Part shown: positions 41,676 through 51,996 of the stretch, in pieces
How the letters are laid out: each line of letters starts with the position of its first letter
How positions within the stretch are numbered: the first letter of the stretch is position 1
Virus record (IMG/VR): IMGVR_UViG_3300050343_000110
Length of the DNA stretch: 64,000 nt
From: a virus
Reading direction: 5' to 3' (one strand)
Translations under genes and position numbers: made by a program
Notes under the pieces: generated by a model
Told to the model about the DNA's origin: nothing
What the model saw: the letters and a program-made list of their open reading frames with translations, nothing else
Database searches by the model: none

Positions 41676-42376
41676 TGGCTGACTTTACTTTTGCACATAG
41701 AGAGGAAGGTTTTGATGAACATATTGAACATTCTATTCGTGGTTACAGTAATTTACTTGATGATGTGGTTCAGTACTCACGTTACTTTGTAGAAGATGAT
41801 ACTAATGTTGTAGACATTGGTTGTTCTACAGGAAAGTTCACTCAAATGATGTTAGAGGCTAATCAAGATTTTTGTTGTGATGCACATTACATTGGTGTTG
41901 AGATTGCAGAGGGGTTTCATAATGACTTACTCAAAAGACAAGAAAACATTGACAAATTGCACCCTTGGGCCTCAACTGAATTCTTATTTGAAGATGTTCG
42001 TGACTACGAGTTTGAAAACTGTTCTTTGATTACATCTATCTTCACTTTACAATTCATGCCACCTAGACATAGACAAGAAGTAATAAGACGAATCTATGAA
42101 GGATTAAATACTGGCGGTGCATTTATATTTGGAGAGAAAACAGTATGTCAAGACCCTAGACTACAGAATATGATGACATTTAATTATTATGACTACAAGA
42201 GAAAGAACTTTGATACAGAAGATATCATGGATAAAGAAAAGACTTTACGTCATATGATGAAACCAAACACTTGGGATGAGATTGTAAACAATCTTATTGA
42301 GGCTGGGTTTTGGGGTGATAAGATACAGCCATTTTGGAGAAACCACACATTCGTAGGAGCGATTGCAATAAAATGA
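41675..42376 (+). CDS. cmoA: carboxy-S-adenosylmethionine synthase CmoA-like
   Basis: FDEHIEHSIRGYS, DIGCSTG, FTLQF, LNTGGAFIFGEK, DYKRKNFDTEDIMDK match CmoA motifs. Confidence 0.8.
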   Translation: MADFTFAHREEGFDEHIEHSIRGYSNLLDDVVQYSRYFVEDDTNVVDIGCSTGKFTQMMLEANQDFCCDAHYIGVEIAEGFHNDLLKRQENIDKLHPWASTEFLFEDVRDYEFENCSLITSIFTLQFMPPRHRQEVIRRIYEGLNTGGAFIFGEKTVCQDPRLQNMMTFNYYDYKRKNFDTEDIMDKEKTLRHMMKPNTWDEIVNNLIEAGFWGDKIQPFWRNHTFVGAIAIK

Positions 42377-42669
42377 AACCTAACACAATAGTCACACTAG
42401 TAATGACAACAGGAGCCGAAATTATTGGACGGCTCGTAAAAGATGAATTTTCAACAATAGTAATTTACAAGCCTCGCCTAGTACAGGCGACTCAGCAGGG
42501 CGTGGGGCTTGTGAATGGAATAAGCATGACAGGTAAAGAAATCAATGAAGATTTTGAGTTTCCTAAAACATCAGTCGCATACATGGTAGAAACTATGAAA
42601 GAACTTGCAGATGGCTGGACTACACAAACTTCTGGTATTGCAGTTCCAACTCAAGGAATTATAAAGTAA
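42373..42669 (+). CDS. conserved hypothetical protein (Sm-like)
   Basis: IVTLVMTTGAEIIGRL...TSGIAVP. Confidence 0.55.
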   Translation: MKPNTIVTLVMTTGAEIIGRLVKDEFSTIVIYKPRLVQATQQGVGLVNGISMTGKEINEDFEFPKTSVAYMVETMKELADGWTTQTSGIAVPTQGIIK

Positions 42670-43736
42670 TGGTTATCGAAGAAGATTTCAAACTTGACTT
42701 TTCTAATGTATTGATTCGTCCAAAGCGTTCAACACTAAAATCTAGAAAAGAAGTGGATTTATTCAGAACTACAATCTTTAGAAACAGTAAAGAGGAATAC
42801 ATTGGTGTTCCTATTATGGCTGCGAATATGGATGGAGTTGGTACGTTTGAAATCGCAGATGCACTTGCAAAACATAATGTATTTACTTGTTTGGTAAAAA
42901 CATATTCAGTGAATGAACTTGTCAGTTTCTTTGATTGTGAAGATGAGGATTTGAAATATGACAGAAGAGAAAATGTTGCAATGTCTATCGGTGTATCTGA
43001 TGAAGATTTGCAAAAGTTTCGTAATGTTTATGAGTTGACTGATGGGGCTATTAAATACCTATGCGTAGATGTTGCAAATGGATATACTGAAATGTTCAGT
43101 AACTTTATTTATCAATTGCGTTTGAATCATTCAGAACTTGTTATCATAGCAGGTAATGTAGTTACTGGTGATATGACACAGGAGTTAATTCTAAATGGAG
43201 CAGATATTGTTAAGTGTGGGATTGGCCCTGGCAGTGTGTGTACTACTCGTATACAGACAGGAGTCGGATATCCACAACTCTCATCTGTTATTGAATGTGC
43301 TGATGCCGCTCATGGTCTTGGAGGCCATATTATTGCTGATGGTGGTTGTGTATCGTCTGGTGACGTAGCAAAAGCATTTGGTGGTGGAGCAGACTTTGTT
43401 ATGCTTGGTGGTATGTTGTCTGGCCACGATGAAGGTGGTGGGGAATATATATTAGAGGATGATAATCCAGAACCTATAGGAGTTCGATTCTATGGGATGA
43501 GTTCGGAGATAGCAAATGAAAAACACTTTGGTGGACTTAAAGACTACCGAGCTTCTGAAGGAAAAGAAGTCGTTGTTCCCTACAGAGGAAGCATTCATAA
43601 TACTATGCAAACTATTCTTGGAGGCATCAGATCGTCCTGTACTTATGTTGGAGCAAGACGAATAAAAGACTTGACAAAATGCACAACTTTTGTTAAAGTA
43701 TATAATACTCATAACACAATCTTTGGAGATAAATGA
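42669..43736 (+). CDS. guaC: GMP reductase (auxiliary metabolic gene)
   Basis: VLIRPKRSTLKSRKEV, AANMDGVG, CVDVANGY, GIGPGSVCTTR, YRASEGK. Confidence 0.93.
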   Translation: MVIEEDFKLDFSNVLIRPKRSTLKSRKEVDLFRTTIFRNSKEEYIGVPIMAANMDGVGTFEIADALAKHNVFTCLVKTYSVNELVSFFDCEDEDLKYDRRENVAMSIGVSDEDLQKFRNVYELTDGAIKYLCVDVANGYTEMFSNFIYQLRLNHSELVIIAGNVVTGDMTQELILNGADIVKCGIGPGSVCTTRIQTGVGYPQLSSVIECADAAHGLGGHIIADGGCVSSGDVAKAFGGGADFVMLGGMLSGHDEGGGEYILEDDNPEPIGVRFYGMSSEIANEKHFGGLKDYRASEGKEVVVPYRGSIHNTMQTILGGIRSSCTYVGARRIKDLTKCTTFVKVYNTHNTIFGDK

Positions 43737-44140
43737 TGGATAAAGACTTTCTACTTGACTACACTCGTTTTGTAGATGAGGTGACTAGTGACGCATCTTC
43801 TGATGCACAGTCGTTCTCAGATGCACTTGACGTAATTGATGGGTTTGGTGTTTCGCCAGAACGCATTCTTACTGCCGCAATTGGTATCAGTGCCGAGGGG
43901 GGTGAGTTTGCAGAGATTGTTAAGAAGAGTATTTTCCAAGGTAAACCGATGGATGATGATGCACAGTATCATATGAAACGAGAACTTGGTGATATCATGT
44001 GGTACATTACACAGGCTTGTATTGCATTGGGTATATCTTTGGAAGATGTACTAAGTACTAATATACAGAAACTTGAGGCACGATATCCTGATGGGTTTGA
44101 GGCGTTTCGTTCTGAAAACAGAAAAGAAGGAGATATTTAA
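43733..44140 (+). CDS. mazG: MazG-like nucleotide pyrophosphohydrolase
   Basis: AEGGEFAEIVKK, ELGDIMWY, KLEARYP. Confidence 0.88.
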   Translation: MMDKDFLLDYTRFVDEVTSDASSDAQSFSDALDVIDGFGVSPERILTAAIGISAEGGEFAEIVKKSIFQGKPMDDDAQYHMKRELGDIMWYITQACIALGISLEDVLSTNIQKLEARYPDGFEAFRSENRKEGDI

Positions 44141-44143
44141 AAT

Positions 44144-45199
44144 ATGGATTTTCTAAAAGATATTGCAAAGACAGCAGGCAACGAATATGCTGCTTTGGTG
44201 AGTGAAGGTGTAGAGGCTGGTGATGTTGATAACTTTATCGACACTGGTTCTTATATTTTCAATGCGTTGTTGAGTGGGTCAATCTATGGTGGATTGCCTG
44301 CGAACAAAATTACAGCAGTGGCGGGCGAGTCGGCCACTGGAAAAACATTCTTTGTGATGGGTATGGTTAAGTCATTCCTTGATGCAAACCCAGATGCTGG
44401 TGTGTTGTATTTTGAGTCTGAATCTGCAATCACAAAACAGATGGTAGTTGATAGAGGTATTGACCCAGAACGTATGGTTATCTTACCTGTAACAACTGTA
44501 CAAGAATTTCGTACACAAGCAATTAAGATTTTAGATAAATACATGGAGACACCAGAAGATAAACGTGTGCCTATGATGTTGTGTCTTGATTCACTTGGTA
44601 TGTTGTCTACTACAAAAGAAGTAGATGATACAAGTGAGGGTAAAGAGACACGAGATATGACACGGGCTCAAGTTCTAAAGGCTGCGTTTCGTGTATTGAC
44701 ACTAAAACTTGGTAAAGCAAAAGTTCCTATGGTTGTTACAAACCATACCTATGACGTTGTGGGTTCTATGTTCCCAACAAAAGAAATGGGTGGTGGTTCT
44801 GGATTGAAGTATGCGGCCTCATCTATTGTCTATCTTTCAAAGAAGAAAGAAAAGGACGGTACAGAAGTTGTTGGTAACATCATCCATTGTAAGAATGCAA
44901 AGTCACGTTTGACTATCGAAAACAAGATGGTGGACGTAAGACTTATGTATGAACGTGGACTTGATAGATACTATGGACTACTTGAACTTGCACTGAAGTA
45001 TGATATCTTCAAATCTGTTTCTACTCGTATTGAGTTACCTGATGGTACAAAGACATTTGGTAAGACTATCAACAATCAACCAGAAAAGTTCTTTACCCCA
45101 GAGATTATGGAACAGTTGGATGCAGTTGCTAGTAAAGAATTCAAGTATGGACAACGTGTAGAGGAAATTGAAGTTGAAGAAGAAACTGAACAAGATTGA
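44144..45199 (+). CDS. uvsX: RecA-like recombinase UvsX
   Basis: [27 protein letters not shown]. Confidence 0.95.
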   Translation: MDFLKDIAKTAGNEYAALVSEGVEAGDVDNFIDTGSYIFNALLSGSIYGGLPANKITAVAGESATGKTFFVMGMVKSFLDANPDAGVLYFESESAITKQMVVDRGIDPERMVILPVTTVQEFRTQAIKILDKYMETPEDKRVPMMLCLDSLGMLSTTKEVDDTSEGKETRDMTRAQVLKAAFRVLTLKLGKAKVPMVVTNHTYDVVGSMFPTKEMGGGSGLKYAASSIVYLSKKKEKDGTEVVGNIIHCKNAKSRLTIENKMVDVRLMYERGLDRYYGLLELALKYDIFKSVSTRIELPDGTKTFGKTINNQPEKFFTPEIMEQLDAVASKEFKYGQRVEEIEVEEETEQD

Positions 45200-45503
45200 T
45201 ATATCAAGAGCATATGTGTATTGTAACGATCAGTCTAAGGAGTGGACAGCCCTTAGACTTACTGCACTTACAGATTATGAAGATGTAATTTTTAAGTATG
45301 GAAAGATTTCAATAGACGAAAATGAAAAAGATGATAATGCTTCTTTACAATTCGACTATGATGTGTTAGTATCACCTAACGTACCAAAAGAAGAATTAGA
45401 GAAAGATATAGAATTTAAGAATGTCATGGGTGATATTCTTATTCATATCTTAGAAGAACAATTACAAAAGGACTCAATGAAGTATGTCAATACAGACGAT
45501 TGA
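45168..45503 (+). CDS. hypothetical protein (gp40 position)
   Basis: Between uvsX and gp41; FKYGKI...GDILIHIL. Confidence 0.55.
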   Translation: MKLKKKLNKIDISRAYVYCNDQSKEWTALRLTALTDYEDVIFKYGKISIDENEKDDNASLQFDYDVLVSPNVPKEELEKDIEFKNVMGDILIHILEEQLQKDSMKYVNTDD

Positions 45504-46893
45504 AAGAACTACACTAAGTAACTTAGTATACAATGAACCATATGCGAGAAAGGTGCTACCTTTCATCAAACCAGAGTATTTTTCAGATCGTCACGAAAGA
45601 GTTGTATTTGAAGAAATCAATAAGTTCATGGATAGGTATGGTAATCAACCTACGAAAGAAGCCCTATCTATTGAACTTGATAATAGAAAAGATTTGAATG
45701 AAGATGAGTTCAAGTCAGTTCTAACAGTTGTAGAAACACTATCTGATGCACAGATTGATATGCAATGGCTAGTAGATACAACAGAAAAGTTTTGTAAGGA
45801 TAAAGCAGTCTACAATGCTATCCTAAACGGTATTCAGATTATTGAAGGGAAGGATAAAGAACATACTTCAGAGGCAATACCATCTATCTTATCTGAGGCA
45901 CTTGCAGTTGCATTTGACCAGAATGTAGGACACGACTATGTAGAACAAGGTGAAGAACGATTTGAGTTCTATCACAAAATAGAAGAAAAAGTAGAGTTCG
46001 ACTTGGATTACTTTAACAGGATTACCAAGGGTGGACTCCCACAGAAAACTTTGAACATTGCCCTTGCTGGTACTGGTGTTGGTAAATCGTTATTCATGTG
46101 TCACATGGCTGCGTCAACCCTCATGCAAGGAAAGAATGTTCTTTATATAACTTTGGAGATGGCAGAAGAAAGGATTGCAGAACGTATTGATGCAAACCTG
46201 ATGAATATCACAATGGATGACTTACATGAGTTACCCAAAAAGATGTTTACTGACCGTCTATCCAAAATACAAACAAAGACCAACGGAAAGTTAATTATCA
46301 AAGAATATCCTACTGCATCTGCACATACAGGACATTTCAGAAGTTTACTAAAAGAACTGGCACTGAAGAAATCATTTAGACCTGATATTATTTTTATCGA
46401 CTACTTGAACATCTGTGCCTCTTCACGATTCAAGGGGAATGCAAATGTCGGATCATATTTCTATATCAAGGCGATTGCCGAAGAACTTAGAGGGCTTGCA
46501 GTTGAGAATAATGTACCAATTATGTCGGCGACACAAACTACTAGAGGTGGATATGCGAACAGCGACATTGGATTGGAAGATACGTCAGAATCTTTTGGTT
46601 TGCCTGCTACGGCTGACCTCATGTTTGCGCTTATATCAACAGAAGATTTGGAAAGTCTAAATCAGTTGATGGTAAAACAATTGAAGAATAGATACAATGA
46701 TCCAGGCACTAATAAAAGGTTTGTGGTTGGTATCGACAGAGCTAGAATGAAACTATATGATTGCGAACAGGAAGCACAAGATGACATTATTGACAGTGGA
46801 CAAGATGAAGGAGCAGCATTTGATAAAACAACTTTCGGAGTGGGTCTTGGAAAGAGCAAGACTTATGAGAAATTTACGGACATCAAAGTATAA
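45484..46893 (+). CDS. gp41: replicative helicase gp41
   Basis: AGTGVGKS, IDYLNI, SATQTTR, ESFGLPATAD, QLKNRY. Confidence 0.96.
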   Translation: MSIQTIERTTLSNLVYNEPYARKVLPFIKPEYFSDRHERVVFEEINKFMDRYGNQPTKEALSIELDNRKDLNEDEFKSVLTVVETLSDAQIDMQWLVDTTEKFCKDKAVYNAILNGIQIIEGKDKEHTSEAIPSILSEALAVAFDQNVGHDYVEQGEERFEFYHKIEEKVEFDLDYFNRITKGGLPQKTLNIALAGTGVGKSLFMCHMAASTLMQGKNVLYITLEMAEERIAERIDANLMNITMDDLHELPKKMFTDRLSKIQTKTNGKLIIKEYPTASAHTGHFRSLLKELALKKSFRPDIIFIDYLNICASSRFKGNANVGSYFYIKAIAEELRGLAVENNVPIMSATQTTRGGYANSDIGLEDTSESFGLPATADLMFALISTEDLESLNQLMVKQLKNRYNDPGTNKRFVVGIDRARMKLYDCEQEAQDDIIDSGQDEGAAFDKTTFGVGLGKSKTYEKFTDIKV

Positions 46894-47103
46894 GAAGCCA
46901 AAGTACTTTGTACACAAGAACGGTATATGGTGGGAAGTTGTTGAATTTCCTACTAACGATATTGTGCGTTCTTTTTCTAGAAAGATTGACGCTGAAATGT
47001 TTTCAGAACAACTTACTAAGAATCCACCTTTTGGTGAACGTGGAATACCGAAATTTTTGAAGGGAAATCCTTTACAGGTTGACATTTCTGAATAATCTGT
47101 TAT

Positions 47104-47111
47104 TATAAATA
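47104..47111 (+). promoter_or_regulatory. T4-type late promoter TATAAATA
   Basis: Heads the block of putative internal head proteins. Confidence 0.75.
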
Positions 47112-47148
47112 GTATTGAAATTATTTGTATGAATGGAAACGGTGTAAA

Positions 47149-48534
47149 ATGTCAATCAGAAAGTTTTATCGTCAACTGAATTCAGTTGATACATCTAAAG
47201 TATCGCACGTTGTAAGAGTTCAGAGTTTATACTCTGAATTGACTGAAGCGAATCTGAAGAAAGCTGATATTGCAAAACGTGACAACAAAGCCGTTCTTCA
47301 AGGTATTATTGATAGCAACACAAAAATATCTACAGATGAAGGACAAGTATCAATCAAGTGGATTGACAATGCATTAAAGGTTGCGTTTGATAACGATGAC
47401 TTTGATACTGCATTTCCATCAGGCAAAGCATCATTCACTGCATCTAACGGCAAAACTCTCAGAATTACACAAATAGAAAAGACTGCCGAGTTTGGTGGTG
47501 GTAAAGGTTCTGGTGGGGGTTCTTCTGGAACTCGTGCTGCTGAATCTGCACAGTGTGTATATTGTCAAGCAATCTGGAACAACCCCAAAACAGACTTCAA
47601 TATGTTAGAACTTCAGGCTGCATACGCACAAGTAAAGGTGGATGCAAGTTGGGAAGAGATTCAAAACCTATCAGATGATTGGGTTGTATCTTCTATTTCT
47701 GTTGCAAAAGGATTGTATAAAGCGCTTGGTAGAAACACATATAGTTTTCACAGAGGTTCAGAGTTTGTAGATATGATTGAAGGTTTGTTCAAGAATTCTG
47801 GACAGACTTACTTTACAAATGTAAACAAATGGACACCAGCAGATATTTGGATGGTACAGGATACCAAACTTAGTAACTATGATTTTGGTGGAAATAGTGG
47901 AAGCCCTGCACTTCCTTACATCAATCAAGAATTGTTGAAGGCATATGCCGCAAGAGATATCATGGGCGTATCTTTGAAGAAAACAACTAAAGTAAAATTC
48001 AAACAGATTAATTATAAGAAACCATTTAAGGCTCCAAGATACACTAATAAGTCTTTGGGTAAGAGAAACTTCTTTGCATCAAAGGACGGTTATCTTTTCG
48101 GTGCGAGTGGTTTGGAGATGCAGTTTAGAACCTTCCCAGCATTTCAGGCAGAGATTATTGGTGGTAAAGCGAAACACGGTAAACTTAGTGGAGACAGTGG
48201 AATTTCTAGTCCTATCGGTAAAGTTTTACAGGGCGCTGGTGTAAGAGAGTTTCCGGCCAGAAGCGATATTACTAACATGATTAGTAGAGAAAACGATAAG
48301 TTTTTTGAAATGTTTTATGCAGAGTATTTGAATGCTGGTGAAGATAGTAAAGTAACACTTGACGATTTCAAAAAACAACTATCAAAGAAAGATAGTGGTT
48401 GGTTAGAGTCAAAATATCTTGTCACATTTTTATTTAATAGAATAAAAGGTGCAGAACAGAAGTTCTTAGAACTTGCATATAGATATGCAAAATCCGAATC
48501 AGAAGATTCGTGTGTACACTTAAAGGCGATGTAA
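47149..48534 (+). CDS. putative PD-(D/E)xK-like nuclease
   Basis: ESAQCVY, KWTPADIW, GVSLKK motifs. Confidence 0.45.
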   Translation: MSIRKFYRQLNSVDTSKVSHVVRVQSLYSELTEANLKKADIAKRDNKAVLQGIIDSNTKISTDEGQVSIKWIDNALKVAFDNDDFDTAFPSGKASFTASNGKTLRITQIEKTAEFGGGKGSGGGSSGTRAAESAQCVYCQAIWNNPKTDFNMLELQAAYAQVKVDASWEEIQNLSDDWVVSSISVAKGLYKALGRNTYSFHRGSEFVDMIEGLFKNSGQTYFTNVNKWTPADIWMVQDTKLSNYDFGGNSGSPALPYINQELLKAYAARDIMGVSLKKTTKVKFKQINYKKPFKAPRYTNKSLGKRNFFASKDGYLFGASGLEMQFRTFPAFQAEIIGGKAKHGKLSGDSGISSPIGKVLQGAGVREFPARSDITNMISRENDKFFEMFYAEYLNAGEDSKVTLDDFKKQLSKKDSGWLESKYLVTFLFNRIKGAEQKFLELAYRYAKSESEDSCVHLKAM

Positions 48535-49780
48535 TGATAAATTTTAGTTCATTTCTTACAGAGGACAAGGGTGGAAAGAACCTACACCTAGAACATATTG
48601 AGGATGAAATCCTTAACTATGGTATTTCTGGTGGACGGGCTTCAATTAACTTTGTTCGCTCTCTACGAGATATGCTTGCTGGTGCATCACGTTCATCAAT
48701 AGACATGACTGTAAAGTGGGATGGAGCTCCTGCAATATTTGCTGGTATTGACCCTGCCGATGGTAAGTTTTTTGTTGCAAAGAAATCAGTATTCAATATA
48801 GAACCAAAACTCTATAAGTCAAATGCAGAGATTGATGCAGATGGATTATCTGGTGCATTGAATAGCAAATTCAAAGTTGCACTTGCAGAGTTTTCTAAGT
48901 TGGGTATTACAGATGTTCTTCAAGGTGACTTGATGTTTACTGATGATGTATCTACAGAAACTATTGATGGTAAGAGTTTTCTTACATTCCAACCCAACAC
49001 TATTGTATACGCAGTAGATGTAAATTCGGATTTGGGTAAGAAAATTGAAAATGCAAAGATTGGTGTCGTATGGCACACAACATACAAGGGTGCAGAACTA
49101 CAGGATATGAAAGCATCATTCGGTGCAAACATTAGTGGACTGCAATCTCCATCAACAGTATGGATGGATGATGCGACATACAAAGATGTATCTGGTAAAG
49201 CCACAATGACTGAAAAGGAAACATCTGCTGTGACAGCATCTTTATCATCTGCTGGTACAACATTCAGAAAGATTAATTCCACCCTGTTAACATCCTTTAT
49301 GAATATACAAAATACATTCACTGGAAACTTATCTGGAGCCTCTCTCAAGACTTACAATAATAGTAAGGTAAGAAAGGGGGAGACTATTAAGAATCCATCT
49401 GCTCATGCAAAGGGGTACTTAAAATGGGTAGAAGATGCATTTCAAAAGAATATAGACAAACTCAAGACCCCCTGCTCGTAAACAGGACTTGGAAAAAAAG
49501 AAAAAAGAAACTGTTCGTGAACTTGCAAAACACACGAAGAATTTGACTAGTATTATTGAGTTTCAGAACCACATTGTAGATGCAAAGATGGGGGGTCGTA
49601 AAGAAACTAAATACTGTTAAGAGCATTGGAACTTTCATCAAAACCGCCAATGGGTTCAAAGTTGTAAACCCAGAAGGATATGTTGCAATTGATAGAGTTA
49701 CAGGTGGTGCAGTTAAACTGGTGGATAGAATGGAATTTAGTTTCAATAACTTTACTGCAATAAAGGCATGGGATAAATGA
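48534..49780 (+). CDS. conserved T4-like protein (DUF6267-like); indels near 49470-49590
   Basis: KNLHLEHIED, TVKWDGAPA, VLQGDLMF, FQPNTIVY, PEGYVA, KLVDRMEFS. Confidence 0.7.
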
Positions 49781-51727
49781 TAAAGTTTTCAGAAATAAGA
49801 GAAGCTCGTGGTGACACTTGTGTATTTACCTTTGGTAGATTCAACCCACCAACGACAGGACACGAAAAACTATTAGATGCTGTTGCGGCACAGGTAAAGA
49901 AAAATCCTGGCGCACCCTATTATGTATTTGCGTCACACTCTGAAAACCCAAAGAAAGACCCTCTTCCATATGTAAAGAAGGTTGCATATATGAAGAAGAT
50001 GTTCCCAAAACACGCAAGGAACATTGTTGTAGATAAGGCAAGAAATGTATTTGAGATTGCAGTCTCATTACACAACAAAGGACACAAGGCAATCGTAATG
50101 GTTGTTGGTTCAGACAGAGTTGCAGAGTTTGATAAACTACTGAACACCTATAATGGTGTAGAAGCAAAACATGGTTTCTATGGTTTTGACAACATCGAAG
50201 TTGTATCTGCTGGAGAAAGAGACCCAGACGCAGAAGGTGTTGCTGGAATGTCTGCATCTAAGATGAGAGCCGCAGCATCTGCTGATGACTTTGACCAGTT
50301 CAAACTTGGTTTACCTAATGGTTTCAAACAGGGTATGTCTCTATTCAAAGATGTTCGTAAGTACATGGGTATTCGTGAATCATTTATTACGCACCAAGTA
50401 CAACAGACAGAAGAAGATGTGATTCGTGACTTGTATGTTGAAGGTAAAATCTTTACTATTGGTGAAGAAGTAACAGATACTTACAGTGGAGTAACAGGAA
50501 AGATTATTCGCAGAGGAACAAACTACGTTACTTTTGTAACAGAGGATGGCACATCATTCAAGAAGTGGTTGTATGAACTAGAACTAGCAGAAGATTGCTG
50601 GCCAGGATTTAAACAAGTTGGTATGAAAAAGAAGAACGGTAAAGACGTACCGAATTGCGTACCAGTTGGTGAAAAACAAGACAAGGACATTGATGATAAG
50701 AAGGGAACACAGCCTGCCAAGTATTTTGCAAAAGATGCTGAGGGTGATGAAATGGCAAAGTCTACAAAGGACAAGAGAGATGCTCATTTCAAAAAACAAG
50801 CGAAAAAGGATGACGATACTAAATCTGCATACAAACCAGCGCCAGGCGATGCATCTGCAAAAACTAAACCATCAAAGTATACAAACAAGATGAAGAAGAT
50901 GTTCCCAGACTTGTACAAAGAGATGGTAGATGAGAGTGCAACAAAGTCACTACAGAAGAAGGCAGATGCCTCTGGTATTTCTCTTGGTATTCTGAAGAAG
51001 GTATTCGATAGAGGTATGGCTGCATGGAAGGGTGGACATCGCCCAGGCACAACTGCTGTTCAGTGGGGCCATGCAAGAGTAAACTCTTTTATCTCAGGCG
51101 GCAAGACAAGAACTACTGGTGATGCAGATTTGTGGAAACAACACAAGGGTAAGAAAGAGACTTATGAGATTGGTAAAGACTATGCAGACCCATACTCGTA
51201 AGATTACACCGTTTCAAGAACACAGTTCATGTTGCGATGACTGTGCAGAAGAATCTAATCTAATTGAATCTAATGTATATCGTGTAGGTTCAGAAAAGTA
51301 TTATGAGTTCTTCCAAGAGAAAAGAGATGAATATAATATTGGAGTTTACACCCCAACAGGTTTTGATAAAGAACTGATGGAAGGTGATATTGGAAAGTAT
51401 GATATGTATCAAGGAAACCATGTTCCACTTGATTGTCCTATGATTGAAGAAAAAGATGTGGAACTAAACAAACCTAAAGTCGGTGGGCCTAAGAAGTACT
51501 ATGTGTATGTCAAAGACCCAAAGACAGGTAATGTTAAGAAGGTTACATTCGGAGATACGAGTGGACTGAAGGTTAAGTTGGATGATAAAGAGGCAAGAAA
51601 AAGTTTTGCCGCTCGTCATAACTGTGACCAACAAACAGACAGAACCAAGGCTGGATATTGGAGTTGTAATCTTCCAAAATATGCCAAACAACTTGGTTTG
51701 AGTGGGGGAGGCAATTTCTTTTGGTAA
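49777..51727 (+). CDS. cytidylyltransferase-like (HIGH superfamily) multidomain protein (indel near 51190)
   Basis: FGRFNPPTTGHEKL, VVGSDRV, SAGERDPD, MSASKMR followed by accessory modules. Confidence 0.8.
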
Positions 51728-51996
51728 AACCTTATACTGAATCTTATGACAACGGTTTGATTATCAGAGAGTTTAAAGAGGATGTTGACAGTGAAGAACT
51801 GGTATGGCATAGAGACAAAAGAACAAGAGAGATAACAATTTTAGAGGGTAGGGGTTGGCAATTACAACTAGACAATCAATTACCTAAAGAATTACAACAA
51901 GGACTTTTATACACCATCCCAAAGATGGAGTATCACAGATTAATAAAAGGTACAGGGAAACTTGTCGTAAAAATATGGGAAGAAACACATGACTAG
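51721..51996 (+). CDS. small cupin-like protein
   Basis: ELVWHRD...GWQLQLDN.LP...YHRLIKG. Confidence 0.6.
   Translation: MVKPYTESYDNGLIIREFKEDVDSEELVWHRDKRTREITILEGRGWQLQLDNQLPKELQQGLLYTIPKMEYHRLIKGTGKLVVKIWEETHD

Noticed and set aside
41675-42376. CmoA acting only in tRNA cmo5U modification
   Set aside because: No cmoB and no tRNAs are in the window; coupling to an Arg-substituted DNA MTase and gp43 favours a DNA role, though a tRNA effect through host CmoB is not excluded.
46757-47095. ORF overlapping the end of gp41
   Set aside because: The start is uncertain and no family was recognisable; its 3' half may be a real small gene but is not supportable.
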